Below the pieces are notes generated by a model. The model saw only the letters and a program-made list of their open reading frames with translations. It was not told the DNA's origin and did no database searches. The translations under genes were made by a program, and so were the position numbers. 64,000 nucleotides of DNA from a bacterium (GTDB lineage Bacteria; Patescibacteriota; Patescibacteriia; Patescibacteriales; UBA12465), in NCBI GenBank assembly GCA_021806615.1, contig JAJZRB010000005.1, positions 4,319 through 68,318 on the forward strand, read 5' to 3'. This document shows positions 52,383 through 61,465 of this stretch, one piece after another (the first letter of the stretch is position 1; the number at the start of each line of letters is the position of its first letter).

Positions 52383-53954
52383 ATGGATACCTTACTCAGC
52401 GTGCAATTCTTGGGAGGGGTCGCTAGCGGCGATAACTTAACCGGCTCAGCGATTCTCTTGATTATTGAGCAAGAAAAAAGAGTAATAAGGATTTTAATCG
52501 ATGCCGGCTTGGTCCAGACGAATTTCAAGGAATTTTTTGAAAAAAACCGAGAAATTCTCCAACAATTGAAGCCGGAGCGCCTGGATGCCATTGTCCTGAC
52601 GCATTCCCACCTTGACCATATCGGCCGCTTGCCATTCCTAGTCAGAAATGGCTTCGGCAAGCAAGGACGCGTCATCTGCACGGAAGCAACGGCTGGACTA
52701 TTGCGCGTCATGTTAGAAGACAGCGCCAAGATCCAGGCCATTGAATCCTCTCATCTTAAAGCCAAACTCGCCAAAGAAGGCGGTCAACCCGACCTTCATG
52801 GACGAGGCCGCGACCATTTTACCCGAGGCAATTATGACCGTCTAAAGAATTTCAACAAGAACAAAAAGCGCTCTCCTAACGGAGCAACGGAACCGCTCTA
52901 TGACATGAACGATGTGGAAATCGCTTGCAACTTAGTAAAAAACGGCGGTTCTCCCTATCACTCTTGGATAAGATTAGCTAAGGGGATAAACCTGAAATTC
53001 TACGCTTCTGGGCATGTCTTAGGAGGAGCCATCGCCGTTATCAGAGTAGAGACTAAGAACGGCGATATCCATTTAGGCTTCAGCGGCGATCTAGGAAGAC
53101 GGGACGGCATCATCCTGCCGCCGCCGGAAATAGTAGAGGAACCTCTAGACTATTGGTTTTCAGAGTCTACTTACGGCGGGAAATTCCATCCCGAAAGACA
53201 AACGGAAATTGATGACTTGCTTAAAGTAGTCAGGAAAGCGGCTGATAAGAAACAAAAGATAATAATCCCTTCTTTCGCCTTAGAGCGGACGCAGGAGATT
53301 GTCTATCTATTGTCTTATTACATGTCAGTCCGCAAAATACCGCGCATGAATATGTATTTAGATGCTCCCATGGCGACGAGAATCACCAAAGTCTTCAGTC
53401 AAAACTGGGATCTGCAAATGTTCAGCGGGCAAGACATCATAAATTTCAATCCTTTCAGTACCGAAGAAAATCATTTTTTAAAGACCGTCAATGACAAAAA
53501 ATCATCCCTGGAATTACTTAAGGAGCCAGGACCATACATTGTCATCGCCGGATCCGGCATGTGCGATGCCGGACGAGTCCGCGATCATTTGCGCGCCGGC
53601 TTGAGCCATAAACAAACAGTCGTCTGCCTGGTCGGCTACATGGCTAAGAACAGTTTGGGACGCAAGCTGAAAGAAGGGTTCCCGATCGTCAAGATGAACG
53701 GCGATGAAATAATCATAAAGGCTGAAATCGTCAATTTTGAAAGTTTCTCAGCCCACGCCGACAGTTCCTTCCTCGTTTCTTATACTGAAAACATAGCCGC
53801 TCCCGGAAAATTGAAGAAAATCTTCTTAGTCCACGGCGAAGAAGAAAGCGCCACTTATCTTAAATCGGAATTGCTAAAAGTTCTTCCCGATGAAAATAAA
53901 TGGCTGAAAAACATTTTAATACCAAAATTAGGACAGGAGGTAAAACTATTATAA
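52383..53954 (+). CDS. beta-CASP family metallo-beta-lactamase-fold ribonuclease (CPSF/RNase J-like)
   Basis: HxHxDH motif (LTHSHLDHIGRLP), 523 aa, and a C-terminal SAHAD motif (the beta-CASP motif C / His region). Confidence 0.75.
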   Translation: MDTLLSVQFLGGVASGDNLTGSAILLIIEQEKRVIRILIDAGLVQTNFKEFFEKNREILQQLKPERLDAIVLTHSHLDHIGRLPFLVRNGFGKQGRVICTEATAGLLRVMLEDSAKIQAIESSHLKAKLAKEGGQPDLHGRGRDHFTRGNYDRLKNFNKNKKRSPNGATEPLYDMNDVEIACNLVKNGGSPYHSWIRLAKGINLKFYASGHVLGGAIAVIRVETKNGDIHLGFSGDLGRRDGIILPPPEIVEEPLDYWFSESTYGGKFHPERQTEIDDLLKVVRKAADKKQKIIIPSFALERTQEIVYLLSYYMSVRKIPRMNMYLDAPMATRITKVFSQNWDLQMFSGQDIINFNPFSTEENHFLKTVNDKKSSLELLKEPGPYIVIAGSGMCDAGRVRDHLRAGLSHKQTVVCLVGYMAKNSLGRKLKEGFPIVKMNGDEIIIKAEIVNFESFSAHADSSFLVSYTENIAAPGKLKKIFLVHGEEESATYLKSELLKVLPDENKWLKNILIPKLGQEVKLL

Positions 53955-53957
53955 AAC

Positions 53958-53989
53958 AACAATCCCGATCGATTTGACCGGGATTTTTA
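53958..53989 (+). terminator. terminator after the beta-CASP gene
   Basis: AATCCCG-atcgatttgac-CGGGATT followed by TTTT. Confidence 0.7.
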
Positions 53990-54021
53990 TTTATATCTAT
54001 ACAGCTAGATAAGAGCCAACG

Positions 54022-54369
54022 TCAATTCACTCGTCTCCTATTGACGCTTCGCGCGCCCTTTTTCTTCCCGGCATCGTTTCTCCCCCGCTCAAGAATCTCG
54101 GGATTTTCTTGGGCCACCCGCTTCCAGTTCTTCCGACCGACCGAATAGCCGCCCGCTATACCGACGACAAGGAGAGCGATCTTGACTAAAGGAGACAGGT
54201 AGGAATTTACCCCCAAGAAACGATAGGTCGGCGGCACGAGTCCCTGGTCCAGGATCTCCTTGATATAGAAAGCCTCCAAAAGGCTCTGCAGAATAGCGAT
54301 GATTAATAAGGTCAAAAAGATAAAGAATAAAAAATAATTTACTTTATCGATTTTTAGATCTTTAAACAT
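54022..54369 (-). CDS. hypothetical membrane protein (2 TM, basic tail)
   Basis: 115-aa ORF with two hydrophobic segments and a C-terminal KKKGARSVNRRRVN. Confidence 0.45.
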   Translation of the reverse strand: MFKDLKIDKVNYFLFFIFLTLLIIAILQSLLEAFYIKEILDQGLVPPTYRFLGVNSYLSPLVKIALLVVGIAGGYSVGRKNWKRVAQENPEILERGRNDAGKKKGARSVNRRRVN

Positions 54370-54424
54370 ATATAGAATTTATAATTCAATAATAGCAGAA
54401 ATAATTTTAAAGCTCAAATCCTAT

Positions 54425-54453
54425 TTGACAAAATAATTTAAATGTATTATTGT
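54425..54453 (+). promoter_or_regulatory. candidate promoter for hpt
   Basis: TTGACA (54425..54430), a 17-nt spacer, then TATTGT. An AGGAGA RBS precedes the ATG at 54520. Confidence 0.45.
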
Positions 54454-54519
54454 TAAACGATTATAAAAATCAATAATTATCGTCCTTAAACAATAAAAAA
54501 ATATAGGAGAAGCGGAAAA

Positions 54520-55083
54520 ATGGAAAAAATTTTAAGAATCAACGGCGACAGATATCAGATCCTGTTCAGTAAAAAAATGATATCTAAAAAAATTTCTGAA
54601 CTCGCGGCGAGAATCAAGTCTGATTACGCCGGGAAAGACCAGGAACCAATACTAATATACGTGCTGACCGGCGCCATATTCTTCGGCGCTGACATGTCTA
54701 AAAAATTGGATAAGATCAAATTCCGCCACCATATAGACAGCATCGGATTAAAAAGATTCAGTAAAGACGAAGTCGGCGGCGCAGTAGAAATAGTCAGTCG
54801 GCCTCACGCTAATTTCCGGAATCGCGACGTCATCGTGGTAGAAGACGTGGTGGATAATGGCGCCACCATGAATTTCCTGAACGATCTGTTGATAAACGGC
54901 GATAATCCGCCGCGATCGATTGAATACTGCATCTTGGGGCTAAAAAATAGCCATGGCCCTCTTAATTTTTCTATCAGATACCTCGGTTTTGACAATCTGG
55001 GCCCTGAATGGATAGTGGGCTACGGATTAGACTCCAACCAGGCCTACCGCGGACTGGAAGACATCTGGGTCAAAATCGACTAA
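54520..55083 (+). CDS. hpt: hypoxanthine(-guanine) phosphoribosyltransferase
   Basis: PRPP-binding motif VIVVEDVVDNGATM, 187 aa, and a C-terminal GYGLD motif. Confidence 0.88.
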   Translation: MEKILRINGDRYQILFSKKMISKKISELAARIKSDYAGKDQEPILIYVLTGAIFFGADMSKKLDKIKFRHHIDSIGLKRFSKDEVGGAVEIVSRPHANFRNRDVIVVEDVVDNGATMNFLNDLLINGDNPPRSIEYCILGLKNSHGPLNFSIRYLGFDNLGPEWIVGYGLDSNQAYRGLEDIWVKID

Positions 55084-55116
55084 GCTCTCTTCTCTGCCCC
55101 CACCGGTATTTTTCTC

Positions 55117-55143
55117 AAACCCTCGTTCGCCGAGGGTTTTTTA
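55117..55143. terminator. bidirectional terminator
   Basis: AAACCCTCG-ttcgc-CGAGGGTTT followed by TTTT. Confidence 0.75.
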
Positions 55144-55187
55144 TTTGCAGAATAAACGCCGAACGATCAAAACATCCAATTTGATCA

Positions 55188-56138
55188 TCAACCCTTATAG
55201 AAAGAAAAGAACAGATACGCGAAATAGAGAGCGACAAAGAATGCCCCCTGCCATCTGTTAAGGACATGCCGTTTCCCGATAAACATGAATAAGAACAGGA
55301 GCACTAAAACACCGGCGCAAACATAGAGGTCAAACAATAAAAGAGGCGAGAACTCCACCGGCCGGATGATTGCTGATAAGCCGAGGATAAGGGAGATGTT
55401 AAAAATATTAGAGCCGATAACGTTGCCCACGGCTATATCGTTATCGCGCTTGAAGGCGGCGACCAAGGATGTGGCCAATTCCGGCAAAGAAGTCCCGACG
55501 GCGACAAGCGTCAATCCGACAAGAGATTGGCTTATCTTAAATAAGCCGGCTAAAGCAAGGGCGCTATCAACGACCAGCTTGGCTCCGAACGTCAAGCCGG
55601 CAATCCCTAGAATAAGCATGAATACAGAATGCGGCCATTGATACTCGCGAATCTTCTCTAGACCGATATCGCGAGGGGATTTGGTAATGGAGAATACATA
55701 ATAAAGGAAAAGGAAGAAAAGCAATAGGAGGATCATGCCGCCGCGCCAAGAAATTTCGCCTTGGCTGCTAGTGAAAGACGTCGCGATAATGGCAATCAAG
55801 ACGGTTAAAAACAGGGTGAAAGGAATTTCGCGCCAAACCGTATGCCGTTTAATAGCCAAAGGATAAACCAGGGCGGCTGACCCCAGAATCAAAAGGACAT
55901 TAGCGATATTACTGCCTAAAATATTACCGAGTAATAAGCCGCCCGCTCCTTGGAATGATGAGGTCAGGCTGACAAACAATTCCGGCGCCGAAGTCCCTAC
56001 CGAGACGACGGTCAAGCCGATGACTAAGCTAGATACTCCCCAATGGATCGCTAAAGACGAGGCTCCTTTTACTAAAAAATCGGCGCCGGCTATCAAGATG
56101 ACGAAACCGGCCAACAATAAAAATATTTCCATGACCAT
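55188..56138 (-). CDS. Ca2+/Na+ antiporter (CaCA family, YrbG-like)
   Basis: Two alpha-repeats, GTSAPELFVS and GTSLPELATS, and about 10 TM segments. Confidence 0.88.
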   Translation of the reverse strand: MVMEIFLLLAGFVILIAGADFLVKGASSLAIHWGVSSLVIGLTVVSVGTSAPELFVSLTSSFQGAGGLLLGNILGSNIANVLLILGSAALVYPLAIKRHTVWREIPFTLFLTVLIAIIATSFTSSQGEISWRGGMILLLLFFLFLYYVFSITKSPRDIGLEKIREYQWPHSVFMLILGIAGLTFGAKLVVDSALALAGLFKISQSLVGLTLVAVGTSLPELATSLVAAFKRDNDIAVGNVIGSNIFNISLILGLSAIIRPVEFSPLLLFDLYVCAGVLVLLFLFMFIGKRHVLNRWQGAFFVALYFAYLFFSFYKG

Positions 56139-56162
56139 AAAAGACGGATTTATAAAAATGTT

Positions 56163-56579
56163 TTAGTCTTTTTTCGCCAGGCTGAAGCTAGCGTAAGCCA
56201 GGAAAGCGGTGACGATTGCTCCCAAGCCATTCAGCCAATAAGGCATAGCCCAGGAACCAAGCACGAAGCTCCAACCGAATAAAATACGGGAGAGATGGAG
56301 CAGGGCGACGAGAGTGAAGACTATCCCGGCCAATAAATGGAATTTCTGCTCCTGGCCAGTACGAGGACGATCGCCCAAGCGCCAACCGTAATGCACCAAA
56401 AAGGCCAGCAGAAGGATATCGAAGACCAGCCAAGCGACTACGGCCTGGACATTGAAGGTAAGGCCGAAGAAGGTCATCGGCAGATAACCGCCGAAATAAA
56501 ACCATAGTCCGCAAAGAAAATCGCCCATGACCAAGCCGGATGTGAATTTTGATATTTCCCGCAAAGTAGTTCTATGCAT
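56163..56579 (-). CDS. hypothetical 4-TM membrane protein
   Basis: 138-aa hydrophobic ORF. No family recognised. Confidence 0.5.
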   Translation of the reverse strand: MHRTTLREISKFTSGLVMGDFLCGLWFYFGGYLPMTFFGLTFNVQAVVAWLVFDILLLAFLVHYGWRLGDRPRTGQEQKFHLLAGIVFTLVALLHLSRILFGWSFVLGSWAMPYWLNGLGAIVTAFLAYASFSLAKKD

Positions 56580-56638
56580 AGCAAAAAAAAAATTAAAAAT
56601 TTAGTCATTACACTATATTCATCACACGCCCAATATAC

Positions 56639-57025
56639 TTATAAAATAAAATAGCCGATATAAGCCAAGATAATCCCCAGGATGGAAGCGACAAGGCCAT
56701 AAAAACCCATCTGCCTCTCGGCGATCCTTAAAGATCTATAAATCCGGACCGATCCCTCAGGAACGAATAGGATCATCAAGCCTTTTAAGACGGCCACCCA
56801 GCCGATGACAGTTATCACTACCGGCCAGCCGCCCGCCCAGACATGGTGATAAGCGACCAACAGATAACCTAAAATAAAGACTAAGATGCCGGTTATGAAA
56901 AGAATCGCTTCGTTATCCATCATTTTGATCAGCGCCTCCTTATAGAAACGAGGGCTGACCAACATGCCGAGCCCAATGAACAAATAAACCAGGCCCAGGA
57001 CTTGGAAAATGTTCGCGTCAGTCAT
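56639..57025 (-). CDS. hypothetical 4-TM membrane protein
   Basis: 128-aa hydrophobic ORF. No family recognised. Confidence 0.5.
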   Translation of the reverse strand: MTDANIFQVLGLVYLFIGLGMLVSPRFYKEALIKMMDNEAILFITGILVFILGYLLVAYHHVWAGGWPVVITVIGWVAVLKGLMILFVPEGSVRIYRSLRIAERQMGFYGLVASILGIILAYIGYFIL

Positions 57026-57125
57026 AATTTTGATTATTAATTTATTAAATTCCGACCTTTATTCTATTATAACAAAAAATCACCTCAAAATAAAGGCGAT
57101 TTTTAAGATCTTCACATTCCCTGAT

Positions 57126-58613
57126 TTAATCTATGAATATTTCCACCTCTTTATCATTATGCTCTACCTTGATCAGGAGCGCCAAGGCGGCGCCGATAAG
57201 GATGATCAGAGCGGAAATCTGGAAAACAGTAGAATAAGCCAGTATCTGGGCTTTAAGTATGATAAGAGAAATGAACTGACCGATAACCGCCGGGTCGTGG
57301 GAGCGCAAGACGCTATTATGAGCTAAGCTCAGGACATGGCTTTCCGTGGAGCTGGACAAAATAGTTCCAAAAAGGGCAATACCAAAAGCACCGGCGATAT
57401 TACGGACTAAAGCCAATATAGAGGAAGCGATACCGACTTCATGCTCGGGAACGATAGAAGCGATGAGACTGGTGCGCTGAGCCATGCCGAAACCTAGCCC
57501 GAAAGCCATGACGCTGAGCGGTATGATTATATCCCAGACAGTTGACTTGGGATCAAGGAAGGAAAACAGGAATAGACCCAAAGCGGCGACCAGGGTGCTG
57601 AGAGCGATAATATAGCGCGGCTGCACTTTTCCGGCGAAATGGCCGCCTAAAGGGGACGAGACCATCATCATGAAGGCCATGGGCATAAACAGCAAACCGG
57701 TTTCCGTGGCGTCCAGGCCCAGATAAGTAGAGGCGAAAATCGGGATCAAGAATATCCCGCCCATCATGCCCATGAAGACCACGAAATTATTTATTAGAGT
57801 ATTGACGAAAGTGCCGATTTTGAAAAATTTAAAATCAATGATCGGTTCCGAAATCTTCTTCTCCACTTTATAAAAAATACCGAAAAATAATAACATGCAA
57901 GCATAGGCCAGGAAACTATTGAGCGACAGCCAGCCCCAATCCATGCCCCGATCTAAGACCAGGACTAAGGCCGAAAGCGAGATTCCCAGGGTGATCGCGC
58001 CCCACCAGTCAAAAATGACCGATTTCTTCTCAGAGACCGACTCTTTGACAAAGATAATAGCCATGACCAAACCGATGATGCCGACTGGCAGATTTATCAA
58101 AAAGACTGAGCGCCAGCTGAAATTATCGATTAGAGGCCCGCCGATAAGAGGCCCGAAAACAGCCGCGGCGGCAAAAGAGGCCGACCATAAGCCGAGAGCC
58201 TGAGTCCGCGGCCGGCCGGCAGGAAAGGTCACGGCGATGATAGCCATGGCCGTCGGGTAGTCGGCCGAACCGGCTATCGCCTGGATTATCCTAAAGATAA
58301 TCATGGAGCCGAGATTCCAGGATAAGCCGGCTAAGACTGAGCCGAAAATGAAAATAATAAAACCCAAGATATAGACTTTCTTGCGGCCGATAGTATCTCC
58401 CAATTTTCCCCAGATCGGCACGAAGATAGCGTTGGCTAAAATATAGGCGGTCGCTATCCAGCCGGCCGAAGAGACGGTAATCCCGAAATCCTGGATTATC
58501 TTGGGCAAGGCTAAATTGACGATCGTCTGATCCAGGCGGCCGAGGAAAGTACCGACGATAACAGTTATCAAAACCAGCCACTCACTGGCTGGCGTCGCGC
58601 TACGGTTTGGCAT
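57126..58613 (-). CDS. MFS transporter, DHA2 (EmrB/QacA-like, 14-TMS) family
   Basis: 495 aa with about 14 hydrophobic segments and motif A-like GKLGDTIGRKK. Its ATG lies 2 nt after the HlyD stop. Confidence 0.85.
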   Translation of the reverse strand: MPNRSATPASEWLVLITVIVGTFLGRLDQTIVNLALPKIIQDFGITVSSAGWIATAYILANAIFVPIWGKLGDTIGRKKVYILGFIIFIFGSVLAGLSWNLGSMIIFRIIQAIAGSADYPTAMAIIAVTFPAGRPRTQALGLWSASFAAAAVFGPLIGGPLIDNFSWRSVFLINLPVGIIGLVMAIIFVKESVSEKKSVIFDWWGAITLGISLSALVLVLDRGMDWGWLSLNSFLAYACMLLFFGIFYKVEKKISEPIIDFKFFKIGTFVNTLINNFVVFMGMMGGIFLIPIFASTYLGLDATETGLLFMPMAFMMMVSSPLGGHFAGKVQPRYIIALSTLVAALGLFLFSFLDPKSTVWDIIIPLSVMAFGLGFGMAQRTSLIASIVPEHEVGIASSILALVRNIAGAFGIALFGTILSSSTESHVLSLAHNSVLRSHDPAVIGQFISLIILKAQILAYSTVFQISALIILIGAALALLIKVEHNDKEVEIFID

Positions 58614-58615
58614 AT

Positions 58616-59305
58616 TTATTTATAGATCCAGGCCTTAGCGGACATGCCATTGAATAATTCGGGGTAATTGCTATATTTTACTTTAATAGAAAAATTCTTC
58701 TCATCCCTCTTGTCTGATATAGAAAATACGACCGAAGATTGGTCGGCGGTCTGAGAAATGTCTTCTACTACGCCCTGGAATTCCTTAGAACCGAAAGCAT
58801 CTACGGTAAAGATGACTTTCTGCCCGACGCTCACCGAACTTAAACCCTTGTTTTCCGGAATATGGACGATAAGGCGCAGATCTTCCGGGTTGATCATAGT
58901 CACTATCGGCTCCCCCGGAGAAAACAGCTTCCCGACCTGGTCATTCAGACTGACGACCAAGCCGTCCTGCTTCGCGTAGACGAAATTAGCGCGGTCCATC
59001 CTGGCGACCGCCTGGTTGGCGGCCACCCGATCGCCTTCTTTGACCAAGATTTTCTGCAAGACGCTGGGCTGTTCAGCGCTCAGTGTGATAAGCGGAGCGA
59101 AGATTTCGGCCTTATCGCTGTAAACCCTCTGACTGATAACATGCCAATAATAAAAACCGGCGCCCAGACCTAAAGCGGCTAAGATAATAACCGCATATTT
59201 TATCCGGCGAGGAGTGATTTTCAAGCGCGCGAAGATATTTGGCGCATGGGAAGAAACGGGCGCGGACGCTTTGTCCGGAGCGATAGTCTCCTTATTTCCA
59301 TCCAT
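58616..59305 (-). CDS. HlyD/EmrA-like membrane-fusion (adaptor) protein, short form
   Basis: N-terminal TM, a lipoyl-like/beta-barrel pattern (ILVKEGDRVAANQAVARMD ... VHIPE ... GQKVIFTVDAF ... GVV). The long coiled-coil hairpin is absent (229 aa). Confidence 0.7.
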   Translation of the reverse strand: MDGNKETIAPDKASAPVSSHAPNIFARLKITPRRIKYAVIILAALGLGAGFYYWHVISQRVYSDKAEIFAPLITLSAEQPSVLQKILVKEGDRVAANQAVARMDRANFVYAKQDGLVVSLNDQVGKLFSPGEPIVTMINPEDLRLIVHIPENKGLSSVSVGQKVIFTVDAFGSKEFQGVVEDISQTADQSSVVFSISDKRDEKNFSIKVKYSNYPELFNGMSAKAWIYK

Positions 59306-59312
59306 AAAAAAA

Positions 59313-59546
59313 TTAATTAGCTTTCTTAATATATTGTCTGACCTTATTTATCTTCTTCTCTAAATGGCTGGCGAATTCTTTCAGCTTATCTAATTTCGTG
59401 ACGACCACTACGCCATTCGACAGGCCGAAGACCAGCAATTTATCGCCTTCTTTCCAGCGCATGGCCCTCCTGGTCTCCATCGGCACTACGACCTGGCCCT
59501 TCTTCCCAATAGTCGTCGAGCCGAAAAAAGTATCAGTCTTTTTCAT
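59313..59546 (-). CDS. AbrB/SpoVT-type DNA-binding protein
   Basis: GKKGQVVVPMETRRAMRWKEGDKLLVF is a SpoVT-AbrB swapped-hairpin motif. The start is taken at MKKTDTF (59546). Confidence 0.7.
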   Translation of the reverse strand: MKKTDTFFGSTTIGKKGQVVVPMETRRAMRWKEGDKLLVFGLSNGVVVVTKLDKLKEFASHLEKKINKVRQYIKKAN

Positions 59547-59690
59547 ATTGTCAATATTAAATATCCTACAAGTAGGAATTTGTAATAGAAGCATTATATA
59601 CTTAATCCGCCTGGCAGTCAATAAGCCTAATAAAAATAGGCTGGTTCAGCCTAATTATTATCTAATAGTCTTAAAACGCCACAAAATCCA

Positions 59691-60656
59691 CTATCTTAAC
59701 ACGGCATTAAACAAATAACCGGTAAAAACAATACCGACGCCTACGATCAAGGCGAAGATGGCTATCAGTCTAGTCTTCATGACTTTCTTCAGGATCATAA
59801 ACTCTGGCAGCGATAGGGCGGTGACTGCCATCATGAAAGCTAAAGTGGTCCCTAGGGCGACGCCCTTCTCGGTCAAAGCGCTGACTAAAGGAATAACTCC
59901 GGCGGCGTTAGAATAAAGTGGAATACCAATAAGAGTAGCTAATGGTACGGCATACCATTTATCGGCTCCGGCATATAAAGCCAGAAAATCAGCGGGAACA
60001 TATCCATGGATCCAGGCGCCAAGGCCGACGCCGATAATAATATATAGCCAGACCTTCTTAACGATATCTAGAGCATAATCCCTGGAATAAGCCAGCCGCT
60101 CTTTGAATGTCATCTTAGAAATCAAGGATGAATCAGCGATCTGGCTATGCCCCCAAACGAAATCAGCTACCAAATATTCAACTTTCAAGCGGCTGATGAT
60201 CAATCCGGAAACAATGGCAATAAGCAAACCGCTAACGATATAAATCGCGGCTATCTTCCAGCCGAAAAGACCTATCAATAACACAAGGGCGACTTCATTA
60301 ATCATCGGAGAAGAGACGAGAAAGGAAAAGGTTACGCCCAGAGGCACGCCGGCCTCGACGAACCCCAGGAATAAAGGCACGGCCGAGCAGGAACAGAAAG
60401 GAGTGATGATCCCGAATAACGAAGCCAGAACATAACCGACTAGCTTATTCCGCTTGACTAGAAATAATCGAACTTTTTCCGGCGGCAAATAGGTCCTGAT
60501 GAAAGATATGATGAAAATAATCACCAATAAGAGAATAGCGATCTTCATCGTATCAAGAATAAAAAAATCGACCGCACTGGCAAGCAAAGTCCCGGGAATG
60601 ATCTTGAAAAAAGAATAAGTCAACCAATCAGCTAATAATTGGAGAGGATAAAACAT
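59691..60656 (-). CDS. DUF318/ArsP-like permease
   Basis: Polytopic protein with the vicinal-Cys motif TPFCSCSAVPLF typical of this permease family. It is paired with a thioredoxin-like protein. Confidence 0.7.
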   Translation of the reverse strand: MFYPLQLLADWLTYSFFKIIPGTLLASAVDFFILDTMKIAILLLVIIFIISFIRTYLPPEKVRLFLVKRNKLVGYVLASLFGIITPFCSCSAVPLFLGFVEAGVPLGVTFSFLVSSPMINEVALVLLIGLFGWKIAAIYIVSGLLIAIVSGLIISRLKVEYLVADFVWGHSQIADSSLISKMTFKERLAYSRDYALDIVKKVWLYIIIGVGLGAWIHGYVPADFLALYAGADKWYAVPLATLIGIPLYSNAAGVIPLVSALTEKGVALGTTLAFMMAVTALSLPEFMILKKVMKTRLIAIFALIVGVGIVFTGYLFNAVLR

Positions 60657-60659
60657 AAT

Positions 60660-60965
60660 TTAGCATCGGCCGCCGCAAGAACAGCCACGATGAGATTCTT
60701 CTACGGACGGCTGGCCATTAACGCTCAATAGCTCCTTGAGCTTTTCAATGCTAGGCAAGTTCCCCGCCCAAACCGGCTGGCCGTTGATAACGAGAACAGG
60801 CGAAGACATCATTCCAGTATCTAATAGTTTCTGTATATCCGCACTATATTCTACTTCAGCAGTTATATTCAGCTGGCTCGCCGCTTCCTTAGCCAATTCG
60901 TAGAGCTTCTTACAGGTCGGACAATTTGAGCCGAAAACCTGGATTGATCTGATATCAGTTTTCAT
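60660..60965 (-). CDS. thioredoxin-fold protein (redox-active disulfide protein 2 / TM0996-type)
   Basis: CPTC active site near the N-terminus, SPVLVING pattern, and an extra C-terminal HRGCSCGGRC. Confidence 0.75.
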   Translation of the reverse strand: MKTDIRSIQVFGSNCPTCKKLYELAKEAASQLNITAEVEYSADIQKLLDTGMMSSPVLVINGQPVWAGNLPSIEKLKELLSVNGQPSVEESHRGCSCGGRC

Positions 60966-60999
60966 AGTTATGTCGATTTTAAAATTTATTCTATTTTTT

Positions 61000-61442
61000 T
61001 TAATCTTCTAGTCTTACTTCTTCGCCCTCCCCCGCAAAAATACAAGAATTATCATTGATAAGAAAAGCTTGGTTATCTTTCAGCACTCTCAATGGGTATT
61101 TTAAGGCCTTCATCTTTTTCATGACTTTTTCTTTAGCATCATCGGTATAATGGCACTTGATTAGAAAAGGAACATATCCAAGCGCAGTAAAGTCGGTAAC
61201 CCCATATCTATTGCGAGTAAGCTTCCATCCGCCGACTTCTACTGTCGGGCACATGACATACGAGCCTGAGCTGCAGCCGACATAGCACAAACCGTCCTTC
61301 AATAAATCTTTCAGAACCCCATCAAAACCACTTTCAGGGCGGTATTTATATAGCCGATCCTCAGCTTATCTTGCGGTATACCCAATAAACCATACCCCTT
61401 CTTAATTAAGAACTTTTCTTTGGATGCTAAAAGTAATTTCAT
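61000..61442 (-). pseudogene. decayed peptidase S51 (PepE)/class I glutamine-amidotransferase-like gene: frameshift plus internal deletion
   Basis: Frame A (61442..61311) reads MKLLLASKEKFLIKKGYGLLGIPQDKLRIGYINTALKVVLMGF*. Frame B, open from 61365, reads AEDRLYKYRPESGFDGVLKDLLKDGLCYVGCSSGSYVMCPTVE... The IxTA and GxSxG(S) blocks of PepE-like proteins sit about 10 aa apart rather than the ~60 aa I expect, and in different frames. Confidence 0.55.
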
Positions 61443-61465
61443 ATCACATTAATCTTTTAATCCTA

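Noticed and set aside
52328-52741. 137-aa minus-strand ORF overlapping the start of the beta-CASP gene
   Set aside because: It is antisense to a gene with clear HxHxDH motifs. It has no motifs or RBS of its own and shows the biased composition typical of shadow ORFs. The same reasoning applies to most other short antisense or alternate-frame ORFs in the track, for example 56188..56514, 58291..58581 and 11833..12354.
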